Shown here: positions 1-7,674 of the stretch, one piece after another
Layout of the letters: every line of letters begins with the position of its first letter
Position numbering within the stretch: the first letter of the stretch is position 1
Source of the DNA: Calditrichaceae bacterium
GTDB taxonomy: Bacteria > Calditrichota > Calditrichia > Calditrichales > JBFXGD01
Assembly: GCA_050178385.1 (NCBI GenBank)
Contig: JBFXGD010000067.1
Span: forward strand, 1 to 16,640
Direction: 5' to 3'
Length of the DNA: 16,640 bases
Made by a program: the position numbers and the translations under genes
The notes under the pieces: model-generated
Databases searched by the model: none
Seen by the model: only the letters and a program-made list of their open reading frames with translations
What the model was told of the DNA's origin: nothing

Positions 1-1228
1 AGTTTTTCGGCAGATAGTCCTGTCCGATAAAATGCCCCGGATGATCATGCGGATAAAGGTAATCCTTCCCGTACTCCAGATCCTTCATCAGATTAGTCGG
101 AGCATTTCTCAAATGCAAAGGAACAGGTTGAATCCCTCCATTTTTAACGTCCCGAATGGCGCTGTCAATCGCCAGATAAGCCGCGTTACTTTTTGGAACT
201 GACGCAAGATAAGTACAAACCTGTGAAAGAACAATCCGCGCTTCAGGCATTCCAATATTTTTTACGGCTTCAAATCCTGCGTTCGCCAGTGACAACGCGT
301 AGGGTTCGGCGTTGCCGATGTCCTCCGATGCCAGGATTATAAGACGCCGGGCGACAAACACCGGATCTTCACCTGATTCAAGCATCCGGGCCAGCCAGTA
401 TACAGCCCCGTCAGGGTCGCTGCCGCGGACACTTTTTATAAAAGCCGAAATTGTGTCATAATGATAATCGCCCTTTTTATCATAATACAGAGGATTCTGG
501 CTTGCTGCTTTTTTTATGAGTTCATCGGTAATACTCAGTTTGTCACCGGTTTTGTCCGACATATAGAAGGCTATTTCGAGCAGATTTAATGTCCGCCGGG
601 CATCACCCGATCCGTAATAGAGCAAATCATCCATACCATCAATAATGATTTCATACCGCGACAATACAGAATCACCCGCTAGGGCATTCCGGATAATTTG
701 AAGCAGATCTTCTTTTTCAAGAGGTTCAAGCTTCAGAACCTGACACCTGGAGAGTAACGCGCTGTTGATTTCGAACGAGGGATTTTCAGTCGTCGCGCCA
801 ATCAAAACGATGGTTCCGTCTTCAACAGCATGTAAAAGCGCGTCCTGCTGAGCTTTGTTAAACCGGTGAATTTCATCAATAAACAGAACCGTATTCTTAT
901 TATAATATCCGATCTGCTTTCTTGCTTCTTCAATGATTTCCTTAACATCTTTAACACCGGAAGTAACTGCCGAGATTGGTTCATACAAGTAGCTCATTTC
1001 TGATGCCAATACTCTCGCCAGAGTTGTCTTTCCCACTCCCGGCGGTCCCCAAAGTATCAGCGACGGAAGATATCCCGATTTAATCTGCTTGTACAACCCG
1101 CCATCTTCCGAGATGATTGACTTATGCCCTGTGATTTCTGACAGTTTCTCAGGCCGGCATCTTTCAGCAAGCGGCCGGTTCAGGGAATTTTCAAAATTTT
1201 GATCAAACAGATTATTCGTTTTTTTCAT
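1..1228 (-). CDS. rarA: Replication-associated recombination protein A (RarA/MgsA AAA+ ATPase), 3' end runs off the window
   Basis: Not in the ORF track; segments translated by hand from ATG at 1228 are all in one frame: MKKTNNLF...RPLAERCRP, Walker A LILWGPPGVGKTTLA, Walker B LFIDEIHRFNKAQQDALL, HYDTISAFIKSVRGSDPDGAVYWLARML, and C-terminal VPLHLRNAPTNLMKDLEYGKDYLYPHD. 409 codons visible. Confidence 0.96.
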   Translation of the reverse strand, partial: MKKTNNLFDQNFENSLNRPLAERCRPEKLSEITGHKSIISEDGGLYKQIKSGYLPSLILWGPPGVGKTTLARVLASEMSYLYEPISAVTSGVKDVKEIIEEARKQIGYYNKNTVLFIDEIHRFNKAQQDALLHAVEDGTIVLIGATTENPSFEINSALLSRCQVLKLEPLEKEDLLQIIRNALAGDSVLSRYEIIIDGMDDLLYYGSGDARRTLNLLEIAFYMSDKTGDKLSITDELIKKAASQNPLYYDKKGDYHYDTISAFIKSVRGSDPDGAVYWLARMLESGEDPVFVARRLIILASEDIGNAEPYALSLANAGFEAVKNIGMPEARIVLSQVCTYLASVPKSNAAYLAIDSAIRDVKNGGIQPVPLHLRNAPTNLMKDLEYGKDYLYPHDHPGHFIGQDYLPKN

Positions 1229-1309
1229 TTTCTCTAACCGGATATTCAAATATAAAATAATACGCTCTGTTCAGAACGTTTTCTATGCAGTTCACATGCT
1301 CCGGAATTG

Positions 1310-3493
1310 TTATTCAATTCGGGCTTTCCATAAATTTAAAAACCCTGATGCTTTTTCCGATGTCGCGATAATGATTGTATTATAACCCGGCTTAAGGAAG
1401 CTGTTGATGCGGTAAACTTCAAATTTCTCTTCTCCCGCTTCCTTTTCATCATACCGCGGCATAATTTCATCTTTAAATATGGTATGATTGATAAAGATCC
1501 TGTAGTAGGGTTTGCCGCTGATCGCCAACGGATAGTTTTCACCTGTTTTATACACCCAGAGCTTTAATTGCAAGGGATCTTTTAGGTCAAGGGTAGTCGG
1601 AATTTTGAAGCGTAATAAAACCGCGTCTGTCCCCGGTGGATTCCGGTACTGGAACGCGTACCCCAGGTGCCAGATTTTTTCTCTAAGAACATTGTCCAGC
1701 AGGATTTCGGGGCCATTATTACGGCTTGTTGTGAATTTATCATCTTCCTGCATATAGCCTACATTTATATTTGCAAGAGCTGACGCCGGTTCCACTTCTT
1801 TGTTGCTGAAACTGACATAATACTCACCGGTATAACGAAACTCAAAATGATCATCACCATCAGGCGTAATGTCAATAGTCTGTTCCTCAGGCTTCTGATA
1901 ATATTCAAGATCACCAAAGGAAATCCGGTGTTCACCCATGGTTAAAGTCGCGGAAAAAGTTCCGGTTCCCGCTAATTTACCGTCTACAAAAATTGCCCCA
2001 TCAACCGGAAAAGTACGAATTGTGATTGGTTTGGCCGTATTTGTGAGTGTAAAATCTACACTTGCGCGTTTTTGATCTTCGCTTAACTTTACAACCTTTT
2101 CTTCGGGATATGATTTATAGCCTTCTTTAAATACCTTTACGATGTGCTGACCCAGCGGTATTTTTTGTAAAACATAATCAGTCTGGAAATCGGTTTCGTG
2201 ACCATCGAGATATATGACGGCATTTTTAATATTCGAACGAATTTCAATCAATCCCACAGCCTGGGGAGAAGGGTTAACAGCGGCGGCTCCCATCGATCTG
2301 ACCGCGGACAAACTAAATGACAAGTCGAGCGTGTCACCGGCATCCAGCTTAAATGTGTGCTGTCTCGGCGATGATATATATTTTTCCTTATTCAGCGAGA
2401 CTGTATGCTGGCCTTCCGGAAGATGGACAATGGGATTATTTCCTACTGTACCCTGAAATTCACCATCGACAAACACCGCGGCTTCCGAATATGACGCGTG
2501 AATACGAACAACACCGCTTTCCTTGTCTTCCCGCGGAATGAGTTCAAAGGCAATACGTACCGTATCACCCTGGTCTGCATCAATCTGCAGGAATTTTGGT
2601 TGAATAATGTACCCTGCGCGGATAAGTGATATTTCATGTTTTCCCGTTTGTATCGGATACGGAGAATTTGCCTTAAATCCGACAGCCAGATTTTGATCAA
2701 TGTATAAATGACCGCGATTGTCATTAAGACTGACCACCAGATAAGCTTTTGGATTATCATTGGGAGAAGAAAGATTCTGGATGGACCAGATGATACCCGC
2801 GACAAGAAGCAATGCAACTGCAATGAGTACGCGTTTCAGGAGAATTTTGCCTTTGGACTCAACTTCTTCAAAATACTCATCCTGACTTTCAAATTCTTCT
2901 TTTGTCAGCCAGCGATATTCACCGATATGGTTTTGATATTTTTTATAACCGCCGCGTTTTTTATAAAATTTATCCTGCTCATCTTCAACGATTTTATCAT
3001 GAGCGCGGCCTGTAATTCTGCGTTCACTTTTTTTTAGTTTTTCCCGATAAAGTTCAATCCTCTCCCGGGCTTCCCTTTCGATTTTCTCGGCGTACTCATT
3101 CGTTAACTGTTGTAATTCAGGCGAATCCGGAATTTTTGGGTGTCTTACTCTCCTGAATTTTCCTGTGAACTTTTCCCAAAAGGTTTCATCGAACGGGTAA
3201 AATTCAAATTCATCTTCCAGTTCCAACGGCGTAAGCCATCGTACTTCCTGGAGATGATTACCGCAACGAATAAACTCCGGATATTTTGAGTAAATTTGCT
3301 CTTCGATTTCCCTCCGCAGGAAATGCTCCATAAAATAAGAACTTTCTTTTGCGCGGAACGCCTTTATTCTCCGGGTTTCCTCATTCGTTTTATCGGGAGA
3401 CTGATCAGCATCCAGCTCATGTTCTTTCTCAAGTTCTTCACGAATTTTGCTTCTCAGTTCTTTCTCATTGAATTTTTTATCCTTGGAAGCCAT
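1310..3493 (-). CDS. Single-pass membrane protein with four PEGA domains, ~215-aa charged N-terminal region and a C-terminal beta-rich domain
   Basis: One hydrophobic helix (RVLIAVALLLVAGIIWSI, ~aa 221-238) preceded by basic residues. Four repeats of the PEGA pattern: GHLYIDQ..GKHEISLIRAGY, AAVFVDG..GQHTVSLNKEKY, AVIYLDG..GQHIVKVFKEGY, GAIFVDG..GEHRISF. C-terminal FLKPGYNTIII beta-sandwich-like motif. Confidence 0.85.
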   Translation of the reverse strand: MASKDKKFNEKELRSKIREELEKEHELDADQSPDKTNEETRRIKAFRAKESSYFMEHFLRREIEEQIYSKYPEFIRCGNHLQEVRWLTPLELEDEFEFYPFDETFWEKFTGKFRRVRHPKIPDSPELQQLTNEYAEKIEREARERIELYREKLKKSERRITGRAHDKIVEDEQDKFYKKRGGYKKYQNHIGEYRWLTKEEFESQDEYFEEVESKGKILLKRVLIAVALLLVAGIIWSIQNLSSPNDNPKAYLVVSLNDNRGHLYIDQNLAVGFKANSPYPIQTGKHEISLIRAGYIIQPKFLQIDADQGDTVRIAFELIPREDKESGVVRIHASYSEAAVFVDGEFQGTVGNNPIVHLPEGQHTVSLNKEKYISSPRQHTFKLDAGDTLDLSFSLSAVRSMGAAAVNPSPQAVGLIEIRSNIKNAVIYLDGHETDFQTDYVLQKIPLGQHIVKVFKEGYKSYPEEKVVKLSEDQKRASVDFTLTNTAKPITIRTFPVDGAIFVDGKLAGTGTFSATLTMGEHRISFGDLEYYQKPEEQTIDITPDGDDHFEFRYTGEYYVSFSNKEVEPASALANINVGYMQEDDKFTTSRNNGPEILLDNVLREKIWHLGYAFQYRNPPGTDAVLLRFKIPTTLDLKDPLQLKLWVYKTGENYPLAISGKPYYRIFINHTIFKDEIMPRYDEKEAGEEKFEVYRINSFLKPGYNTIIIATSEKASGFLNLWKARIE
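2867..3316 (-). repeat. Internal protein-level duplication (~40-aa motif, two copies 109 aa apart) in the PEGA protein N-terminus
   Basis: aa 60-100 (3194-3316) IYSKYPEFIRCGNHLQEVRWLTPLELEDEFEFY aligns without gaps to aa 169-209 (2867-2989) FYKKRGGYKKYQNHIGEYRWLTKEEFESQDEYF. Confidence 0.8.
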
Positions 3494-3500
3494 AATTATA

Positions 3501-4862
3501 TTACCACCTACTGATATACTCCATCGTTAAGGAACTCTCTTCACCCGCTTTAACGGGGATTTTAAATTTCAGAAAATTCGCTTTCTTCTCAAATAGTTTG
3601 TAATTAGACGAAACAAGTTCAACTTCCTGATACGGGTTTACGCGTTCCAGTATTTCAAGTTCAATATCTGTGTTCTTATGATTTCGAAGCGTATAACTTA
3701 TTTTTTGTGTCTGTGAACGCTTTTCTCTTCTCTGTGTTTCAAGAACATCCCGTTCCGCGACAACATCAAAGGCTTTTCCCACCTCAATTTCCAGTTTTTC
3801 GTCCTTTGGTGTGTGTTTAATTCGATTTTCGCCAACAAACTCCAGTTCATTTCCGTCTGCTTTATATAGACGAATAGTTCCTGCCGGAAGGGCAAAACCC
3901 AGATTATTCTCCTTCGAATTTTTGAGAATCACAAATACAGAGACACTGATCTCACCCGCGCTGTCCACACGATAGATTTTTTGCACATTACTTTTTGTTT
4001 CGGGAAATAGCTGTATTTGCTTGATCTGGTTCTGCTCAAGATCGGTCAGACGCTGCAGTGAGTAAAGATGATATTCAAAAAACTCCTTTTCCACAAAAGC
4101 GTCAGCATCTCTGGCCATCATTTTCACCATCGATCTTTCAGGATACGCCCTGCGGTCACTTACAAGATTAATATCTCCAGCCATCAATTTAAGCCGGGCG
4201 TTTTTATATGCTTTTCCGGATGTGTTATTAATTGTCACCCAGGATGCCAGCATGACCTCCGTGTCATTTTCATTTAATTTTGCCACATAGTCCGCCTGCC
4301 AATCAAGACCGCTGCTCAGATAGGAAAGCAGTGTCTTCTTATCGCCTTTACTCTCCGAATTGACTTTCCAAACAAGTGTGGGACGCGTTATGAAATTTGT
4401 TTTCGTTTTTGAATATTCTTTAAGAAAAATCTTTTGTTCGCCGTTTCTGGGAATAATCTGCATCTGACCGCCACCATCTATAAGAATCATATTAGAGGGT
4501 GTAGCCGAAAGCAGTTTACCGTCAATTACCCCCTGATCGGGGTGAATGATTCTTATTTCCTGATTCAGCGATTTGTCAAGAATTTTATCCACACTGATCA
4601 GATCATATTCATAATTCTGTTCAAGAACGCTAAAAGACTGATTTGCGCTTTCTATCAGGACTGAACCCGGATTTATCCCGGTTGGGATATCTTCCAGATA
4701 GATGGTTTGAAGTCCTTTGTCCATGGGTACTGACCTTACTTCACGTATAAGCCCCAGATTCGAATTTGTGACGGTTATTGCTACTTCATCCTGAGCAATG
4801 GATAAAACCGGCAGCATAATAATCAGAACAAGCAGAAGTGAAATGCTAATTAAATTTCTCAT
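3501..4862 (-). CDS. Secreted DUF4139 domain-containing protein
   Basis: N-terminal signal peptide (MRNLISISLLLVLIIMLPVLSIA-QD). Family-like motifs VAITVTNSNLGLIREVR, VLEQNYEYDL, LSYLSSGLDWQADY, WVTINNTSG..YKNARLKLMAGD, FFEYHLYSL, LGFALPAGTIRLY, FVGENRIKHTPKDE. Confidence 0.85.
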   Translation of the reverse strand: MRNLISISLLLVLIIMLPVLSIAQDEVAITVTNSNLGLIREVRSVPMDKGLQTIYLEDIPTGINPGSVLIESANQSFSVLEQNYEYDLISVDKILDKSLNQEIRIIHPDQGVIDGKLLSATPSNMILIDGGGQMQIIPRNGEQKIFLKEYSKTKTNFITRPTLVWKVNSESKGDKKTLLSYLSSGLDWQADYVAKLNENDTEVMLASWVTINNTSGKAYKNARLKLMAGDINLVSDRRAYPERSMVKMMARDADAFVEKEFFEYHLYSLQRLTDLEQNQIKQIQLFPETKSNVQKIYRVDSAGEISVSVFVILKNSKENNLGFALPAGTIRLYKADGNELEFVGENRIKHTPKDEKLEIEVGKAFDVVAERDVLETQRREKRSQTQKISYTLRNHKNTDIELEILERVNPYQEVELVSSNYKLFEKKANFLKFKIPVKAGEESSLTMEYISRW

Positions 4863-7494
4863 AATTTGATTTTACCTTTGCTAAATTTTCCTGAATATTT
4901 TTTAGCTTTTCTTTCTCGGCAAGCACAACTTTTTCCGGCGCTTTTTCAAGAAAGTTTTTGTTCTGAAGCTTGCCGTTAAGCGCCTTCTCGAGCCCTGTCA
5001 GCCGGCCCAGCTCCTTCTCAAGTCTTATTTTCTCTTTTTCCCTGTCTATTAAATCAGCCATCGGGATGAAGAATTCGATCCCTTTAACAACAACTGTCCC
5101 CGCGTCGTTCTTATCAAAATTATCCGGGATTTTTTCGATGGTTTCAACTTTTGCAAGCGAATTAAAGTACAGCCCGTTTTCTTTTATAATCCTCCAGGCC
5201 TCCGCCGTTCCGTTAACGAACACATGAATAGTTTTGCCGAGCGGCACATTCATTTCTGCTCTCAGATTACGGATAGAACCAATCGCTTCCTGAATGATAT
5301 CCATTTTCTCTTCGGCGGAGACATCTCTCATTTGAGCAGTAGATTCAGGCCATGGGGAAATGACGATACTTTGCTCATCATCATCGCTTAATTTCTGCCA
5401 AATTTCTTCCGTAATAAACGGAACAAAAGGATGAAGGAGTTCCATGCTTCCCTTCATGACAAACGAAGCAACCGCCAAAGCTGTATTTTTATCCTTTTCG
5501 GCATCCTCTTTATATAGCCGCGGCTTAATCAATTCAAGATACCAGTCACAGTAATCATGCCAGAAGAAATGATAGATCGAATTTAATGAATCATTAATCC
5601 GGAACTGATCCAGATTTCTTGATGTATTTTCCACCGCCTGATAAAAGCGGCTCAGAATCCATTTGTCGGCAAGTTCAAAATTATCCTGATAGACGGATAC
5701 ATTTGTGTCCGGCTTTTCGATATTCATATCAAGAAAACGAAACGCGTTCCAGATTTTATTGGAGAAATTCCGTCCCATTTCAAAATTTTTACGGTCAAGA
5801 TTGATATCCTGCCCTTCCGAACTCAGCATGATCAGCGTAAAGCGCACAGCATCTGCGCTGTATAAATCGATCATCTCCAGCGGATCGATACCGTTCCCTA
5901 AAGATTTTGACATTTTCCGGCCATTGGCATCCCGCACAATTCCGTTTAAAACCACGTCCCTAAACGGAACATCGTCCATCACTTCCAGACCGGCCATTAT
6001 CATTCTTGCCACCCAGAAGAATATGATATCAGGGGCAGTGACCAGAGTATCGGTAGGATAGAAATATTTCAGTTCCGCTTTTTCTTCCGGCCATCCCAGA
6101 GTTGAGAAAGGCCAAAGCCATGATGAAAACCATGTGTCAAGCACATCATCTTCCTGCCGGAATGATGTTTTTCCGCATTTTGTACATGTTTGCGGCATCT
6201 CACGGGCAACGATCATTTCGTTACAGTCATTGCAATAATACACCGGTATACGATGCCCCCACCACAACTGTCTAGATATACACCAGTCCCGCGCGTTTTC
6301 CATCCAGTGTTTATATGTCTTAAACCATCTCTCATGCGGATGCAGACGGATTTCACCATCTTCAACGACTTTAAGCGCTTTCTCGGCGAGCGGCTTGACT
6401 TTTACAAACCATTGCTCGGACAGATATGGTTCAATAATAGTTCCGCATCTCTGACAATGTCCCACATTGTGGCGATGTTTTTCTATTTTTTCAAGTAAGT
6501 CCAGTTTGGTCAGATCCTGCACGATCTGATTCCGGGCTGTGAAGCGGTCAAGACCCGCATATTTTCCCGCCATTTCACTCATTGTACCATCGGGATTCAT
6601 GACAGTTATCTGCGGCAGACTGTGTCTCTGACCCATCATAAAATCGTTCGGGTCATGCGCGGGCGTGACCTTGACGCAGCCCGTTCCGAATTCCCGGTCC
6701 ACAAAATCATCCGCGATTACAGGTATTTCGCGATCCATCAGGGGTAAAATCAATTTTTTACCGATTAAATCTTTAAAACGTTCATCTTTTGGATTCACCG
6801 CCACCGCTGTATCACCCAGCATTGTTTCAGGACGCGTGGTTGCAACGATCACATATTTGTTTTTTTCGCCTTTAACTCCGTACTTAATATGCCACAAATG
6901 GCCGTGACTGTCTTTATGCTCAACTTCTTCATCGGACAAGGCCGTCGCGCACCGCGGACACCAGTTGATAATATATTTACCTTTATAAATCAGGCCTTTT
7001 TCGTATAGCCTGATAAATATTTCCTTTACCGCGTTGGATAATCCCTCATCCATCGTGAACCGCTCTCTGCGCCAGTCACAGGATGAACCCAGTTTTTTTA
7101 ACTGACGGATGATTGTCGAGCCGTGTTTTGCTTTCCACTCCCAGACCCGCTCAAGAAACTCTTCCCTTCCCAGGTCATGTCTTGTTAAATTCTCTTTCGC
7201 AAGCTGTTTCTCAACAACATTTTGTGTCGCGATGCCGGCGTGGTCCGTTCCCGGAAGCCACAAGGCTTCAAAACCCTGTTTTCGTTTATAGCGAATAAGA
7301 ATATCCTGAATGGTATTATTGAAAGCGTGTCCAATATGCAGCATGGCTGTCACATTGGGAGGTGGAATCACTATGACATACGGTTTTTTTTCAGTATTAA
7401 CATCGGCATTGAAATACCCTTTTTCAAGCCAGTACTGATACCATTTATCTTCGACTGTCTTCGGATCATAAATTTTAGCAATCTCTTTTCGCAT
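4846..7494 (-). CDS. valS: Valine--tRNA ligase
   Basis: PPPNVTAMLHIGH (HIGH), PGTDHAGIATQ, ATTRPET, VKVTPAHDPND, DWCISRQLWWGHRIP, DVLDTWFSS, KMSKSLGN and C-terminal coiled-coil arm. Start moved from the track's 7524 to ATG at 7494 because of a GAGGAG Shine-Dalgarno at 7503-7508. Confidence 0.98.
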   Translation of the reverse strand: MRKEIAKIYDPKTVEDKWYQYWLEKGYFNADVNTEKKPYVIVIPPPNVTAMLHIGHAFNNTIQDILIRYKRKQGFEALWLPGTDHAGIATQNVVEKQLAKENLTRHDLGREEFLERVWEWKAKHGSTIIRQLKKLGSSCDWRRERFTMDEGLSNAVKEIFIRLYEKGLIYKGKYIINWCPRCATALSDEEVEHKDSHGHLWHIKYGVKGEKNKYVIVATTRPETMLGDTAVAVNPKDERFKDLIGKKLILPLMDREIPVIADDFVDREFGTGCVKVTPAHDPNDFMMGQRHSLPQITVMNPDGTMSEMAGKYAGLDRFTARNQIVQDLTKLDLLEKIEKHRHNVGHCQRCGTIIEPYLSEQWFVKVKPLAEKALKVVEDGEIRLHPHERWFKTYKHWMENARDWCISRQLWWGHRIPVYYCNDCNEMIVAREMPQTCTKCGKTSFRQEDDVLDTWFSSWLWPFSTLGWPEEKAELKYFYPTDTLVTAPDIIFFWVARMIMAGLEVMDDVPFRDVVLNGIVRDANGRKMSKSLGNGIDPLEMIDLYSADAVRFTLIMLSSEGQDINLDRKNFEMGRNFSNKIWNAFRFLDMNIEKPDTNVSVYQDNFELADKWILSRFYQAVENTSRNLDQFRINDSLNSIYHFFWHDYCDWYLELIKPRLYKEDAEKDKNTALAVASFVMKGSMELLHPFVPFITEEIWQKLSDDDEQSIVISPWPESTAQMRDVSAEEKMDIIQEAIGSIRNLRAEMNVPLGKTIHVFVNGTAEAWRIIKENGLYFNSLAKVETIEKIPDNFDKNDAGTVVVKGIEFFIPMADLIDREKEKIRLEKELGRLTGLEKALNGKLQNKNFLEKAPEKVVLAEKEKLKNIQENLAKVKSNYEKFN

Positions 7495-7623
7495 TAATAA
7501 CGCTCCTCGGAATTTTATCCACACCTGACATAACGATCAGGAAGTACTATTGAATAGCTCTAACTATATTAAATAATTCATTGTTCAATATTGCTATTTG
7601 TTAATTGGAAATGTTTAAACTTA

Positions 7624-7652
7624 AATATACAATAATTAGATAATTAAATAAA
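7624..7652 (-). promoter_or_regulatory. Possible sigma70-type promoter for the valS unit
   Basis: Minus strand TTTATT-17 nt-TATATT in a very AT-rich 180-bp intergenic region. The -35 is weak and chance matches are likely. Confidence 0.3.
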
Positions 7653-7674
7653 ATATTTAAGAATGGGGCATGAT

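Noticed and set aside
802..984. 60-aa minus-strand ORF from the track
   Set aside because: Out-of-frame shadow inside rarA, whose real frame carries the Walker B motif here.
1269..1293. GTTC/GAAC words upstream of rarA as a LexA (SOS) box
   Set aside because: They fit neither GAAC-N4-GTTC, GTTC-N7-GTTC nor CTGT-N8-ACAG exactly; support too weak.
7495..7674. T-box riboswitch or other leader RNA upstream of valS
   Set aside because: Region is short and extremely AT-rich, with no T-box consensus (GGTGGNACCGCG) and no terminator/antiterminator stems.
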